Assembly: GCA_963662715.1 (NCBI GenBank)
Contig: OY759724.1
Coordinates: forward strand, 210,001-242,000
DNA: 32,000 nucleotides
Reading direction: 5' to 3'
Source of the DNA: Candidatus Omnitrophota bacterium
GTDB lineage: Bacteria > Omnitrophota > Gorgyraeia > Zapsychrales > JANLHA01
This document shows positions 9,032-17,227 of the stretch, piece by piece. The notes beneath the pieces were generated by a model. It did no database searches. It was not told the DNA's origin and saw only the letters and a list, made by a program, of their open reading frames with translations. Made by a program: the position numbers and the translations under genes. Every line of letters starts with the position of its first letter. Position 1 is the first letter of the stretch.

Positions 9032-10801
9032 TCAAGTCTTGGGAAGTGAAAAACTAAAAGTCGACCCGGCCCCCAAAGAACTCTCGGCAGAGACTTGGCC
9101 TCCCTGAGCCTGAACAATATGCTTGACAATAGAGAGCCCCAAACCTGTTCCTCCAAGCTTGCGGGAACGGGCCTTGTCTACCCGGTAGAAGCGCTCAAAG
9201 ACCCGAGGCAGCTCATTAGGACTTATTCCTATACCGGAATCTTTAATAAAAAACACGCAACACTCTTCATTTTCTTTAGCGGAAATTTCCACCCAGCCGT
9301 CCTCCCTGTTGTATTTTATGGCATTCTCTATCAAATTAAAAAATACTTGGGCAAAATACGTCCTGTCTGTCTTCATCTTTGGGAAAGAAGGGAGGATATT
9401 ATTGGTGATTCGAATATTCCGCTGTTCCGCAAGCGGGCCCAGGCTCTCAATTGTCTTTTCAACGATGGCGTAAACATCACAGATTTCCTGATGAAATGTC
9501 AATTTCCCCGACTCTATCCTTGCCAAATCCAATAAATCCGAAATGAGTTGCGCCAGCCTTCCGGCATTGGAATAAATGATTTTTATAAAATCCAAAGCGT
9601 TCTCCCGGTCATCGATGGCTCCGTCTATCAATGTTTCGGCATAACCTTTGATGCTAGCGATCGGGGTGCGCAGCTCATGTGAAACATTGGCGACAAATTC
9701 CTGCCGGATTTTTTCCAGCTTTCTCAAATCCGTAATATCATGAAAAACAAGCACCGCCCCTTCAATTTGCTTATCCCGTACAACCGGGGTAGCGTGAACT
9801 AAAAGCCTCTTCTCTTCTTCGAGGAAAACGGAAATTTCCTGTGTTACAAAACCACTGTGCAGGTTCAGGATCTGGTCGGTGATATGCTGAATCTCAATAT
9901 TCCGAATGACCTCCAGAGGCTTTTTCCCCCGCGGATCCCCCTCCAGGGAAAAAACATCCCTTAAAGGATCGTTAATTAATAAAATACATCCTTTAACATC
10001 AATAACGATCACGCCTTCGAACATACTCAAAAGCACGGCTTCCAGCCGCGACTTGTGCGCCACAACTTCCTCCATACGGGAGGAAATCTGCTCTGACATA
10101 TAGTTGATAAGCCGGGCTAAATCTCCAATCTCATCCGACGAATCGATAAGGACCCGCCTTGATAAATCACCGAAAGCAATGGAACGGGCGACATCAGAGA
10201 CTTCCTTCAAGGGTCTGGAGATAAAGACAGAGGCGGCATATCCTATCAGGAATGCAAAAATAAGGGCCAAAAACAGTCCCAGCAGTAAAAATTTTCTCAA
10301 AGTGTGGGAAATAAGCTGCATTTCAGAAAGAGGCAAAGCTAAACGAAGCACCCCCTTCTCTCCCTTGAAAGAGAACGGATATCCGATATAAAGCATTTGT
10401 TTCTGCAGGGTCGTACTGAAGCGCAGACTCTCTCCAATCCCTCCTCTGAGGGCAGCCTGAACCTCAGGCCGGAAAAGATGATTTTCAATATGCGCAAGAT
10501 CGGCGGCCGCGACATCGGAATCCCCCCAGAGGGTTCCGTCAGGAGCAATGATCGTAACTCTCAGTCCTAAGTCCTGGCCGATGGTGTCCGCCAACTGATC
10601 ATAACCTTCCCTGGAAACAGCCGGCAGACGGCTTTCTAAATATGTGAGACTCAAAGCCGCCTTGCTGATCAAATCGGCCTTAAGACGCTGGTAGGCATAC
10701 TGGGTCAATTTCGTATTAAGAAAAAAATACAAACCGACCAGAACAATGATGACAATCAGCGTGAAAATTATGGTGATTTTATGATGTCGATGGGCTTTCA
10801 T
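9032..10801 (-). CDS. phoR: PhoR-like phosphate-regulon sensor histidine kinase
   Basis: TM helix, about 135 aa of extracytoplasmic region, second TM, HAMP, PAS, H-box SHELRTP, and ATPase boxes NAIKYN, DSGIGI, GGTGLGLSIV. Overlaps the phoB stop by 4 nt (ATGA). Confidence 0.85.
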   Translation of the reverse strand: MKAHRHHKITIIFTLIVIIVLVGLYFFLNTKLTQYAYQRLKADLISKAALSLTYLESRLPAVSREGYDQLADTIGQDLGLRVTIIAPDGTLWGDSDVAAADLAHIENHLFRPEVQAALRGGIGESLRFSTTLQKQMLYIGYPFSFKGEKGVLRLALPLSEMQLISHTLRKFLLLGLFLALIFAFLIGYAASVFISRPLKEVSDVARSIAFGDLSRRVLIDSSDEIGDLARLINYMSEQISSRMEEVVAHKSRLEAVLLSMFEGVIVIDVKGCILLINDPLRDVFSLEGDPRGKKPLEVIRNIEIQHITDQILNLHSGFVTQEISVFLEEEKRLLVHATPVVRDKQIEGAVLVFHDITDLRKLEKIRQEFVANVSHELRTPIASIKGYAETLIDGAIDDRENALDFIKIIYSNAGRLAQLISDLLDLARIESGKLTFHQEICDVYAIVEKTIESLGPLAEQRNIRITNNILPSFPKMKTDRTYFAQVFFNLIENAIKYNREDGWVEISAKENEECCVFFIKDSGIGISPNELPRVFERFYRVDKARSRKLGGTGLGLSIVKHIVQAQGGQVSAESSLGAGSTFSFSLPKT

Positions 10802-11490
10802 GTATCATCTCTCAAACAATACCCGACACCGCGGATAGTTTCAATGAGATGTCCTGCAGATCCGAGTTTTTGACGGAGGCATTTGATATGAGTATCTACA
10901 GTACGGGTTGTGACTTCTGTATTCATCTCCCACACTTCACTTAACAGTTTTTCCCGCGACTGCACCCGCCCTCTCGTCCGCATCAGGTAAACGAGCAGAT
11001 TAAATTCCATAGACGTAAGGACGACGATATTTCCTTTAACAAGAACCCTGTGCCTCGGGATATCGATCACCATGTCGTCCAGTTCCAGGACGGCTTTCTT
11101 TTCCGAATGATCAACGGGATTTCTTTTCAAAACATTTTTGATCCTCAATATCAATTCCCGCACGCTAAAAGGCTTCACGACGTAATCATCCGCCCCCAAC
11201 TCCAACCCCACAACCCGGTCCACTTCTTCTCCCCTCGCCGTCAAAATAATAATAGGGATGGTTGACAGAAGAGCATCGGCCTTGATCGTCCGGCAGGTGT
11301 CAAATCCGTCCATTTTCGGAAGCATGATGTCGAGGATGATCAGATCGATTTCCTCATTATTCAAAGTCTCCAAGGCTTCCTCGCCGGTGATGACGACTGA
11401 GCACTTATACCCGGCCTTCTGCAGATTGTATTTTAAAAGCTTGGAAATATGAAGATCATCTTCAACGACTAAAACGTGTTCGATAGGCAT
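10798..11490 (-). CDS. phoB: PhoB-like OmpR-family response regulator
   Basis: Receiver domain (VVEDD, LIILDIMLPKMDGF, VKPF) plus winged helix (LTSMEFNLLVYLM, VDTHIKCLRQKL, IETIRGVGY). The ORF track opens at 11574, but ATG 11490 has AAAGGAG 8 nt upstream and gives the canonical N-terminus MPIEHVLVVEDD. Confidence 0.9.
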   Translation of the reverse strand: MPIEHVLVVEDDLHISKLLKYNLQKAGYKCSVVITGEEALETLNNEEIDLIILDIMLPKMDGFDTCRTIKADALLSTIPIIILTARGEEVDRVVGLELGADDYVVKPFSVRELILRIKNVLKRNPVDHSEKKAVLELDDMVIDIPRHRVLVKGNIVVLTSMEFNLLVYLMRTRGRVQSREKLLSEVWEMNTEVTTRTVDTHIKCLRQKLGSAGHLIETIRGVGYCLRDDT

Positions 11491-11680
11491 ATATCGCGCT
11501 CCTTTGGAATCTGAAATTGCTATAATCTTAACACAGATTTCAAAAGGGATGCAATAGCTGGGAATGAAGTTCACAAAAATATCACAAACGGAGCTCTTGC
11601 GAATATTTTGTTATCCACAGGGCAAAAACTTCTCACAAATCTATTAAAAAAATATTTCACGAAAATATTTATATATTTAT

Positions 11681-11711
11681 TAAAAAGAAAAAAGTGTCCT
11701 TCCGGACACTT
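11681..11711 (-). terminator. intrinsic terminator downstream of the DUF2934 gene
   Basis: 8-bp stem AAGTGTCC (11692-11699) / GGACACTT (11704-11711) with a 4-nt loop. On the minus strand it is followed by TTTTTTCTTTTT. Confidence 0.7.
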
Positions 11712-11805
11712 TGCTGAAGACATCCCTTCTGACGACACGATAAATGAGGGCAGGATTTTCAGAATAATAGAACTCCCGGTGAAACAGGACCGCGGTTTAT
11801 GACAT

Positions 11806-12009
11806 TTATCCCAGAAGAATCTTTTCCGCCTCAAGCCAGTCGGCCAAATCACTTCCGTGAGTCCCTCCGCGCTGCTCAAACAATTCATAAGCTTTCTTTT
11901 GAATATCCAGGGCATCAACTGACGCCAACTTTTTTCTGGATCGAATTTGAGCCGTGTCTTTTGATGCTTTTGTTTTTTTTGTTGATTTTCTTTTTACCGC
12001 AGTAGCCAT
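11806..12009 (-). CDS. DUF2934-like small basic protein
   Basis: 67-aa ORF with AAAGGAG 8 nt upstream of the ATG. Lys-rich N-terminus, then AYELFEQRGGTHGSDLADWLEAE, which matches the conserved AYxLWExRGxxHGxDxxDWxxAE core of DUF2934. Confidence 0.7.
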   Translation of the reverse strand: MATAVKRKSTKKTKASKDTAQIRSRKKLASVDALDIQKKAYELFEQRGGTHGSDLADWLEAEKILLG

Positions 12010-12155
12010 TGAAAATGCTCCTTTCTTATAATAGACAAGCTGTCGACGGGACAGCTGGCCAAATTCAGGTTCAACTTCTGCTTGCGTGTTGATTCTCTCG
12101 CTTCGTTTCGGTCTTTTCTCTTGTCATCTCTACACACAACACATGAAGCAGACTC

Positions 12156-12184
12156 ATCTTATGTAAGATAGCGGGATTTGTCAA
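12156..12184 (-). promoter_or_regulatory. sigma70-type promoter TTGACA-N17-TAAGAT
   Basis: Minus strand TTGACA (12184-12179), 17-nt spacer, TAAGAT (12161-12156), about 145 nt upstream of the DUF2934 ATG. Confidence 0.5.
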
Positions 12185-12264
12185 CAAAATTCCATACCCC
12201 GCTTGCAAGCGATGAACAAACAAAAACGCAAGCCCTGAATTCAAGAGCACGGGCAAAGGGATAC

Positions 12265-12822
12265 TTATCTAAAACAGTTCTTAACAGCCGGGCGGCTGAA
12301 ATAATACAACAGGGAAACGGCCAATACGACATCTAATAACACATAAAAAACATATCCTGTCCAGGGGTTAATAACGCTCCCCCCGGGCATATGTTGCTCG
12401 GTAAGCTCCGCCAAACGGATGAAGGCGAATATAGAATGTTTCCAGGGGAATCCGAACAATAAAGCCAGGCCCAGGATCAGCATTCCACGCCGGGCCCATG
12501 TTTTCATCTGCAACAGAGCGACACAGGCATAAATAACAATTCCTCTTGAGCATAGCGAAAGAACATACCGGGAGAGAACGGCAGGAAAAGAAAGGTGCTG
12601 AAACATAAAATAATAATAAGAGAAGTCTCTCGCCCCAAGAATCTGATCGACGCATAAAGAGAGCAGCAAAACGCCAAAAAACACAACTCCTCTAGGCCTT
12701 GGTGTTTTTAAATTTCTCTTTAATATACGGGCGAGTCCATAACTGCCGGAAACGATAAGAAAAAATGTCAGGCCCCTATCAAGAAGAATATATGCGGCTG
12801 AAGCGTCTTGATTCATAAGCAA
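12265..12822 (-). CDS. hypothetical polytopic membrane protein
   Basis: 185-aa ORF with about 5 hydrophobic helices, 47 nt downstream of the ABC-2-like permease. The ORF opens with TTG at 12822, and ATG at 12816 is equally possible. No family recognised. Confidence 0.55.
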   Translation of the reverse strand: MLMNQDASAAYILLDRGLTFFLIVSGSYGLARILKRNLKTPRPRGVVFFGVLLLSLCVDQILGARDFSYYYFMFQHLSFPAVLSRYVLSLCSRGIVIYACVALLQMKTWARRGMLILGLALLFGFPWKHSIFAFIRLAELTEQHMPGGSVINPWTGYVFYVLLDVVLAVSLLYYFSRPAVKNCFR

Positions 12823-12869
12823 AAAGCCTTTCTTTTATCCTGTTGTTCAAAATCACTTTTGGGATATTC

Positions 12870-14474
12870 TTATTCGATATTACGAAACGGCAGATAATTG
12901 TCTTCGAGGACGACACTGCTTTTTATTTTTTGCCGTTCCTGACCGGCGCAAATACCGGCAAACACAGTCAAAATAATATTGATAGAAAGCAGTTCCAGTA
13001 AATAAGGCGTCTCGGCTGAGTCGCGGAAAACAGTCATGAATTTTGCAAGCCCGAAAAACGGAGACGGGGCGATCCCGTATTTCAAGAATAACGATGTCTC
13101 CGGCCAGACGGGCATGGAGGAGATATAGCCAAAAAGAGGGATAAAAACCCAAAGGACCAACAAAACCACCAGCATGATGATCCGGCTTCTGTGATGCCGG
13201 CTTAAATTAAAATACTCAAGGATCTGCCCGAAAAACCAGGGATATGTCAAAACAAATAACCCGATGATGAAGCACGTCCATAACGGGGACTGGGATACGA
13301 CGCCGTAAAGGATAACGGCCAAAATCACAATAACAGAATAACAAATCAACCAGGCAAAATTACTGCTGTGATCATGGCTATACCCCGAGGAATTTTGTCC
13401 CAGTTTCCTGACTCTCTTCCAGCCTTTCATGAACAGCAGGTAGCTCGGGGTGGCCATGTACACGCCGGCATACCCGAGAAATATTAACAGATAAACAAGA
13501 ATTCCGAGCGACAAGTCTCTTTCCACTGAAAATGGATCCCCCCCCGGGCCATTGAAGAATGTACTTCCGCCGTGAAAGACCGCAACGACAACAATTAACA
13601 ATAATAATTCCGGCTTGCTCAAAAGGGGGTGTTCCGGTTTTGTTATTCTCCTTTGCACCATACGGAACAGGAATATGATAAATGGTGTCTGTATCAAAAA
13701 CTGGAGAAACGGCGGAGGGATGTGCACACCAAAAAACATGTTCACATGCTCAGCCGGGCCGGTGAAGAACACCTCGCCCTGACTGACACTTTCCAGCATC
13801 AGGGAAAGATGCGCATAAGCCGGGAACCATGTTAAATGGTATGTGTAACATCCTTCCAGGGCAAGAAGCAAATGGCTTAAAAAGTACAATATGACAACGA
13901 AAACAAAAGCATTGGCGGCTTTACGTTTAGGATGATTCATCAGTCCGGCTAAAACTCCGAACAGGTTGTAGAGAAATGCGCAGCAGCCAAGGGCAAGATG
14001 AAAAGAGACCAAAACTAAAAGGGCTCGGAAAAAATCCGGAAAAATCCCGGCACTGAAAATCATAACGCAAAGTTGCAGGATAAAAATACAGCCGAATAGC
14101 ACCCACTCAACGGAGACGGCTCCCAGGCAAAGGCCCAAAACCTGGTGACCGGAAGGCGTCGGGGAAACACGGTGAAAATCCAGGGTCCCGCCGGAGACCT
14201 CCCGGGAGGCCATGGAGTAAGCTGACATGGTTCCGAAAAACAGCAGGATATAACCTTCCAGAACGCAGAGGGCAAAAATAAAAAAGGCTTGCCAGGGCCC
14301 CTTCCCTTTCAAGAATTCTTGTTGAGGTGTGGCCTCGATGAAATAGACATAGCAAAAGATCAGGCCTATGATCAGCAGAACAACAATGGCCCGGGAAAAA
14401 ATCTCCGATGGACGAAAACGCTCCCGCCAATTGGCAATAAACAAAGGATTATTGGCGAGGTCCCAGAATGTCAT
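12870..14474 (-). CDS. ABC-2-family-like transporter permease, double length
   Basis: 534-aa ORF with 12 or more hydrophobic helices. Start overlaps the upstream ABC ATPase stop by 4 nt. The N-terminal NPLFIANWRERFR and SREVSGGTLDFHRVSP segments resemble the N-terminal and ExxGTLE-type motifs of ABC-2 permeases. The C-terminal half has no recognisable counterpart. Confidence 0.7.
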   Translation of the reverse strand: MTFWDLANNPLFIANWRERFRPSEIFSRAIVVLLIIGLIFCYVYFIEATPQQEFLKGKGPWQAFFIFALCVLEGYILLFFGTMSAYSMASREVSGGTLDFHRVSPTPSGHQVLGLCLGAVSVEWVLFGCIFILQLCVMIFSAGIFPDFFRALLVLVSFHLALGCCAFLYNLFGVLAGLMNHPKRKAANAFVFVVILYFLSHLLLALEGCYTYHLTWFPAYAHLSLMLESVSQGEVFFTGPAEHVNMFFGVHIPPPFLQFLIQTPFIIFLFRMVQRRITKPEHPLLSKPELLLLIVVVAVFHGGSTFFNGPGGDPFSVERDLSLGILVYLLIFLGYAGVYMATPSYLLFMKGWKRVRKLGQNSSGYSHDHSSNFAWLICYSVIVILAVILYGVVSQSPLWTCFIIGLFVLTYPWFFGQILEYFNLSRHHRSRIIMLVVLLVLWVFIPLFGYISSMPVWPETSLFLKYGIAPSPFFGLAKFMTVFRDSAETPYLLELLSINIILTVFAGICAGQERQKIKSSVVLEDNYLPFRNIE

Positions 14475-15412
14475 GCGACCTCCTTCATGCCCATCTTAAA
14501 GAAAAGATCCTCAACATTGTCCTCTTTACACTGGAACCCGCAGACAGGAATCTTCCGCAGGACAAGCTGGGCCAAAATAAGGCTGGCGTCAGCCGGGCAG
14601 CCGGAAAAATCAGCAAGGAGGCCGCCCTCTTTCCTTTCCTCCACATGCTCCACGCATGAAAAGCCATGCAGCACACTCTTGGCTTCTTGAATCATTTCCT
14701 CCCGCACTTCCGACAAAAAGACAATTAAGCGGCCTTTCGACTGCACGTGTCTGCGGATGTCTTCCACACTCCCCGATACCAGCAACTTCCCCTGCTGCAT
14801 AATGCCTACGGCATTACAAAAATCGCTTAACTCAGATAAAATATGGCTGGAAATAATTACGGCCTTGTTGGCGGAGGCGACGTCTTTCAGGACATCGCGC
14901 ATATCTTTGCGTGCGATAGGATCCAACCCGCTGGCAGGTTCATCGAGGAGGAGGACATCCGGGTCAGGGATGAGGGTTTTGGCCAAAACAAGACGTTGCC
15001 TCATCCCCCGGGATAAATCCCGGATGAAGGCATGGTGTTTCGACTCGAGATTCACCCGGGCGACCCAGGATCTAATTTTTTTTGCCCGTTCTCCCGAAGG
15101 GATATTATAGGCGGCGGCAAAAACGTCCAGATACTCCCACACTTTAAGATGTTCGTATACGGGAGGGAAATCCGGCATGTACCCCACTCTATTTAAAGCT
15201 TTCTGCCGCTCCAGCTCAAGGTCATAACCCAGAACTTTTATGTCCCCGTAAGTCGGTTCTATAATCCCGGCAAGAGCTTTGATCGTTGATGTCTTGCCGG
15301 CCCCGTTAGGCCCGACTAATCCAAAAATCTGACCGGCGCTGACATCCAGGTCCAAATCATGAACCGCATTTGTGTTTTCATAATCTACGCGAAGTGAATT
15401 GACTTTTATCAT
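14471..15412 (-). CDS. ABC transporter ATP-binding protein (ABC-2/CcmA-type) with about 90-aa C-terminal extension
   Basis: Walker A GPNGAGKTS, signature LSRGMRQRL, Walker B LLLDEPASGLD, H-loop SSHIL. Confidence 0.9.
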   Translation of the reverse strand: MIKVNSLRVDYENTNAVHDLDLDVSAGQIFGLVGPNGAGKTSTIKALAGIIEPTYGDIKVLGYDLELERQKALNRVGYMPDFPPVYEHLKVWEYLDVFAAAYNIPSGERAKKIRSWVARVNLESKHHAFIRDLSRGMRQRLVLAKTLIPDPDVLLLDEPASGLDPIARKDMRDVLKDVASANKAVIISSHILSELSDFCNAVGIMQQGKLLVSGSVEDIRRHVQSKGRLIVFLSEVREEMIQEAKSVLHGFSCVEHVEERKEGGLLADFSGCPADASLILAQLVLRKIPVCGFQCKEDNVEDLFFKMGMKEVA

Positions 15413-15504
15413 AAACGGATATTAAAAATGCCGGGAAAGCCATTTATTTTACAAAGCCGTGAGACCGAATGATTTTGCCGCACATGCCCGCAGGGCCGAC
15501 AGCT

Positions 15505-15921
15505 TTACTGAAACCACAACCCGGTCACAACAATTTTGTCGCCTCTCTCGGAAAGAACAAGCTTAATCAGCATGTCTTCCGAGGTCCCGTCAAATGTCCC
15601 CTTCCATAAACCGACAGTCATTTCCCCTTTATTTAAAAATCCCAGATATTCCCTGGCGACACATATCCCCATGGCGTCTTTGATCTGTCTGGTGGTCAAC
15701 AAAAATTTATCCTCGGGAATCGCTTCTTTAAGGAATTCGTCAAAATCCCTGGCGTATTTTTGATAATCATCTTCAGCAAATCCTTCAAGAATATTTTCGA
15801 GGACCGCTTCCGCCTTAGACTGCACTTGTTCATTGGTTTCTCCGACAATCCCGGCAGACACCGGCCCGACCATAATACAACTGAGGAATAAAAAAAATAT
15901 TATGAAATATCTTTTAACCAT
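15505..15921 (-). CDS. secreted DUF3887-like protein
   Basis: 138-aa ORF with signal peptide MVKRYFIIFFLFLSCIMVGPVSA. The mature part (DDYQKYARDFDEFLKEAIPEDKF...) resembles DUF3887 small secreted proteins. Family call is from memory of the motif only. Confidence 0.55.
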   Translation of the reverse strand: MVKRYFIIFFLFLSCIMVGPVSAGIVGETNEQVQSKAEAVLENILEGFAEDDYQKYARDFDEFLKEAIPEDKFLLTTRQIKDAMGICVAREYLGFLNKGEMTVGLWKGTFDGTSEDMLIKLVLSERGDKIVVTGLWFQ

Positions 15922-16071
15922 AAACCACCCCTTCTTAAGTATTTTAGCATACAGTTTCTCTCTCGTTGCGCAACGGTTGATTTAAATGTAACATACTCGC
16001 TTGCTGGTGGCTATTATAAAACCCTTATATTTTTGTAAGGGGGCGCGACAAAACCCCAACCGGTTGAATTC

Positions 16072-16743
16072 CTACAACCCTTCGGAAATTTTTTTCAACA
16101 GTGTGTGTTCCAGGTCATCAAAAGATCCGGGTAAGATATCTCCGTCCTGGGGATAATACGATGCCGCCAACAACTGTCTTTTGAACGACTCATCAATCAT
16201 TCTTAAGGGGAAAAGCTTTTTCCCGTAACAATAAATATCAAAATAAACCACTTGCTGCGCCGGATTGACGATTTCTATGAGTTCAAAATCCGTATTAGGG
16301 AATTTGCTGTTAGAATAATATTCCTGTCCGCCGATAAAAAAAATCTTGTCCTTCTCAACCTCAAAGAAGTATTCGGCCCCCTCATCTTCCAGTTCAGGGA
16401 ACCCGACCATTCGTTCACTCCGGCAATGGGTCACTCTGACTTTTCCGGCCCCCAAGGCAGCCTGCAATTCCAGGATCCGGTTGATATTATCTTTAACATT
16501 ACGGAAATACACCCATAAAAATATTCCGATATAAAGCCCTACCACGGCAAAAGCTAAATAACCTAATCCCGGATCGTGCTGCGCTTGGCGTAAAGCCAGC
16601 ATCGTCCCCCCCACAAGGCCGAACAACACCAAGATAAGGGTCAGACGGAAATAACGGTCCTTCTGCTTTAACAGGTAACTCATTTCCTTGTTAAGCACTT
16701 CCCGCTCTTTAATATCCAGGTCTCTTGAAAAGCAATGTAGCAT
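16072..16743 (-). CDS. hypothetical membrane protein (2 TM plus cytoplasmic domain)
   Basis: 223-aa ORF with two hydrophobic helices (LTLILVLFGLVGGTMLAL, LAFAVVGLYIGIFLWVYF) followed by a soluble domain of about 140 aa. No family recognised and no clear RBS. Confidence 0.55.
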   Translation of the reverse strand: MLHCFSRDLDIKEREVLNKEMSYLLKQKDRYFRLTLILVLFGLVGGTMLALRQAQHDPGLGYLAFAVVGLYIGIFLWVYFRNVKDNINRILELQAALGAGKVRVTHCRSERMVGFPELEDEGAEYFFEVEKDKIFFIGGQEYYSNSKFPNTDFELIEIVNPAQQVVYFDIYCYGKKLFPLRMIDESFKRQLLAASYYPQDGDILPGSFDDLEHTLLKKISEGL

Positions 16744-17227
16744 CTCTATATTTTTGTTAACAAATCTTTTGATTATTTCTCGACGCTTATATAAAAATCC
16801 TGAATGCCGATACGATGCGTTTTTTATCTAAAACGACTGAACCGGTTCGTCTCCCGGGCCTAAACTCCCGGGCCGGCCCAAAGGCACAATTGTCCATGAA
16901 TAAGATACATTCTTTGCTCGACAGGGTTTTCCGGAGCGAAGTCGGAAAGGATATCTGTTTCTTGAGGGAAAATGATGCGTAAGATTTCATGGCATATTTG
17001 TGTCATATCTGTTATGACAGCCTTCATTTATTGTATCTCCTTTATGGACAAAAACAAGCACAATATAAAATCCGCCTTATCTGAATTCTTTCGTGGCCTC
17101 TGTTGTCCCCCGTGCCGCACAAACAGCACGCCACAGGGCTCCCGTCCCCGGGTCTTCCCCGACAAATGCCGAGAAAAACAGGATGGACGGAAGAATCCCG
17201 CTTTTTCCAGTCAAAGATTATGAATTA

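Noticed and set aside
8902-9156. 84-aa minus-strand ORF overlapping the 3-prime end of phoR and the region just upstream of the Pho-box promoter (8821-8872).
   Set aside because: It overlaps the well-supported phoR frame and has no RBS or motif.
11571-11918. 115-aa minus-strand ORF, and the 258-aa N-terminally extended version of phoB.
   Set aside because: The 115-aa ORF runs through the DUF2934 gene, its terminator and the phoB promoter. The phoB extension adds 28 non-conserved residues ahead of a canonical MPIEHVLVVEDD start that has a strong RBS.
12071-12256. 61-aa minus-strand ORF upstream of the DUF2934 gene.
   Set aside because: It spans the predicted TTGACA-N17-TAAGAT promoter and leader and has no RBS.
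15445-15474. CTCACG and ATCATT hexamers upstream of the ABC ATPase gene, considered as a possible third Pho box.
   Set aside because: Only two weak hexamers with 10-nt rather than 11-nt phasing, and no -10 element at the expected 7-nt distance.
16787-17223. Track ORFs 16787-16990 (minus, 67 aa) and 16972-17223 (plus, 83 aa).
   Set aside because: Neither has an RBS or a plausible composition. A different 55-aa frame with a good RBS is reported as a low-confidence finding instead.
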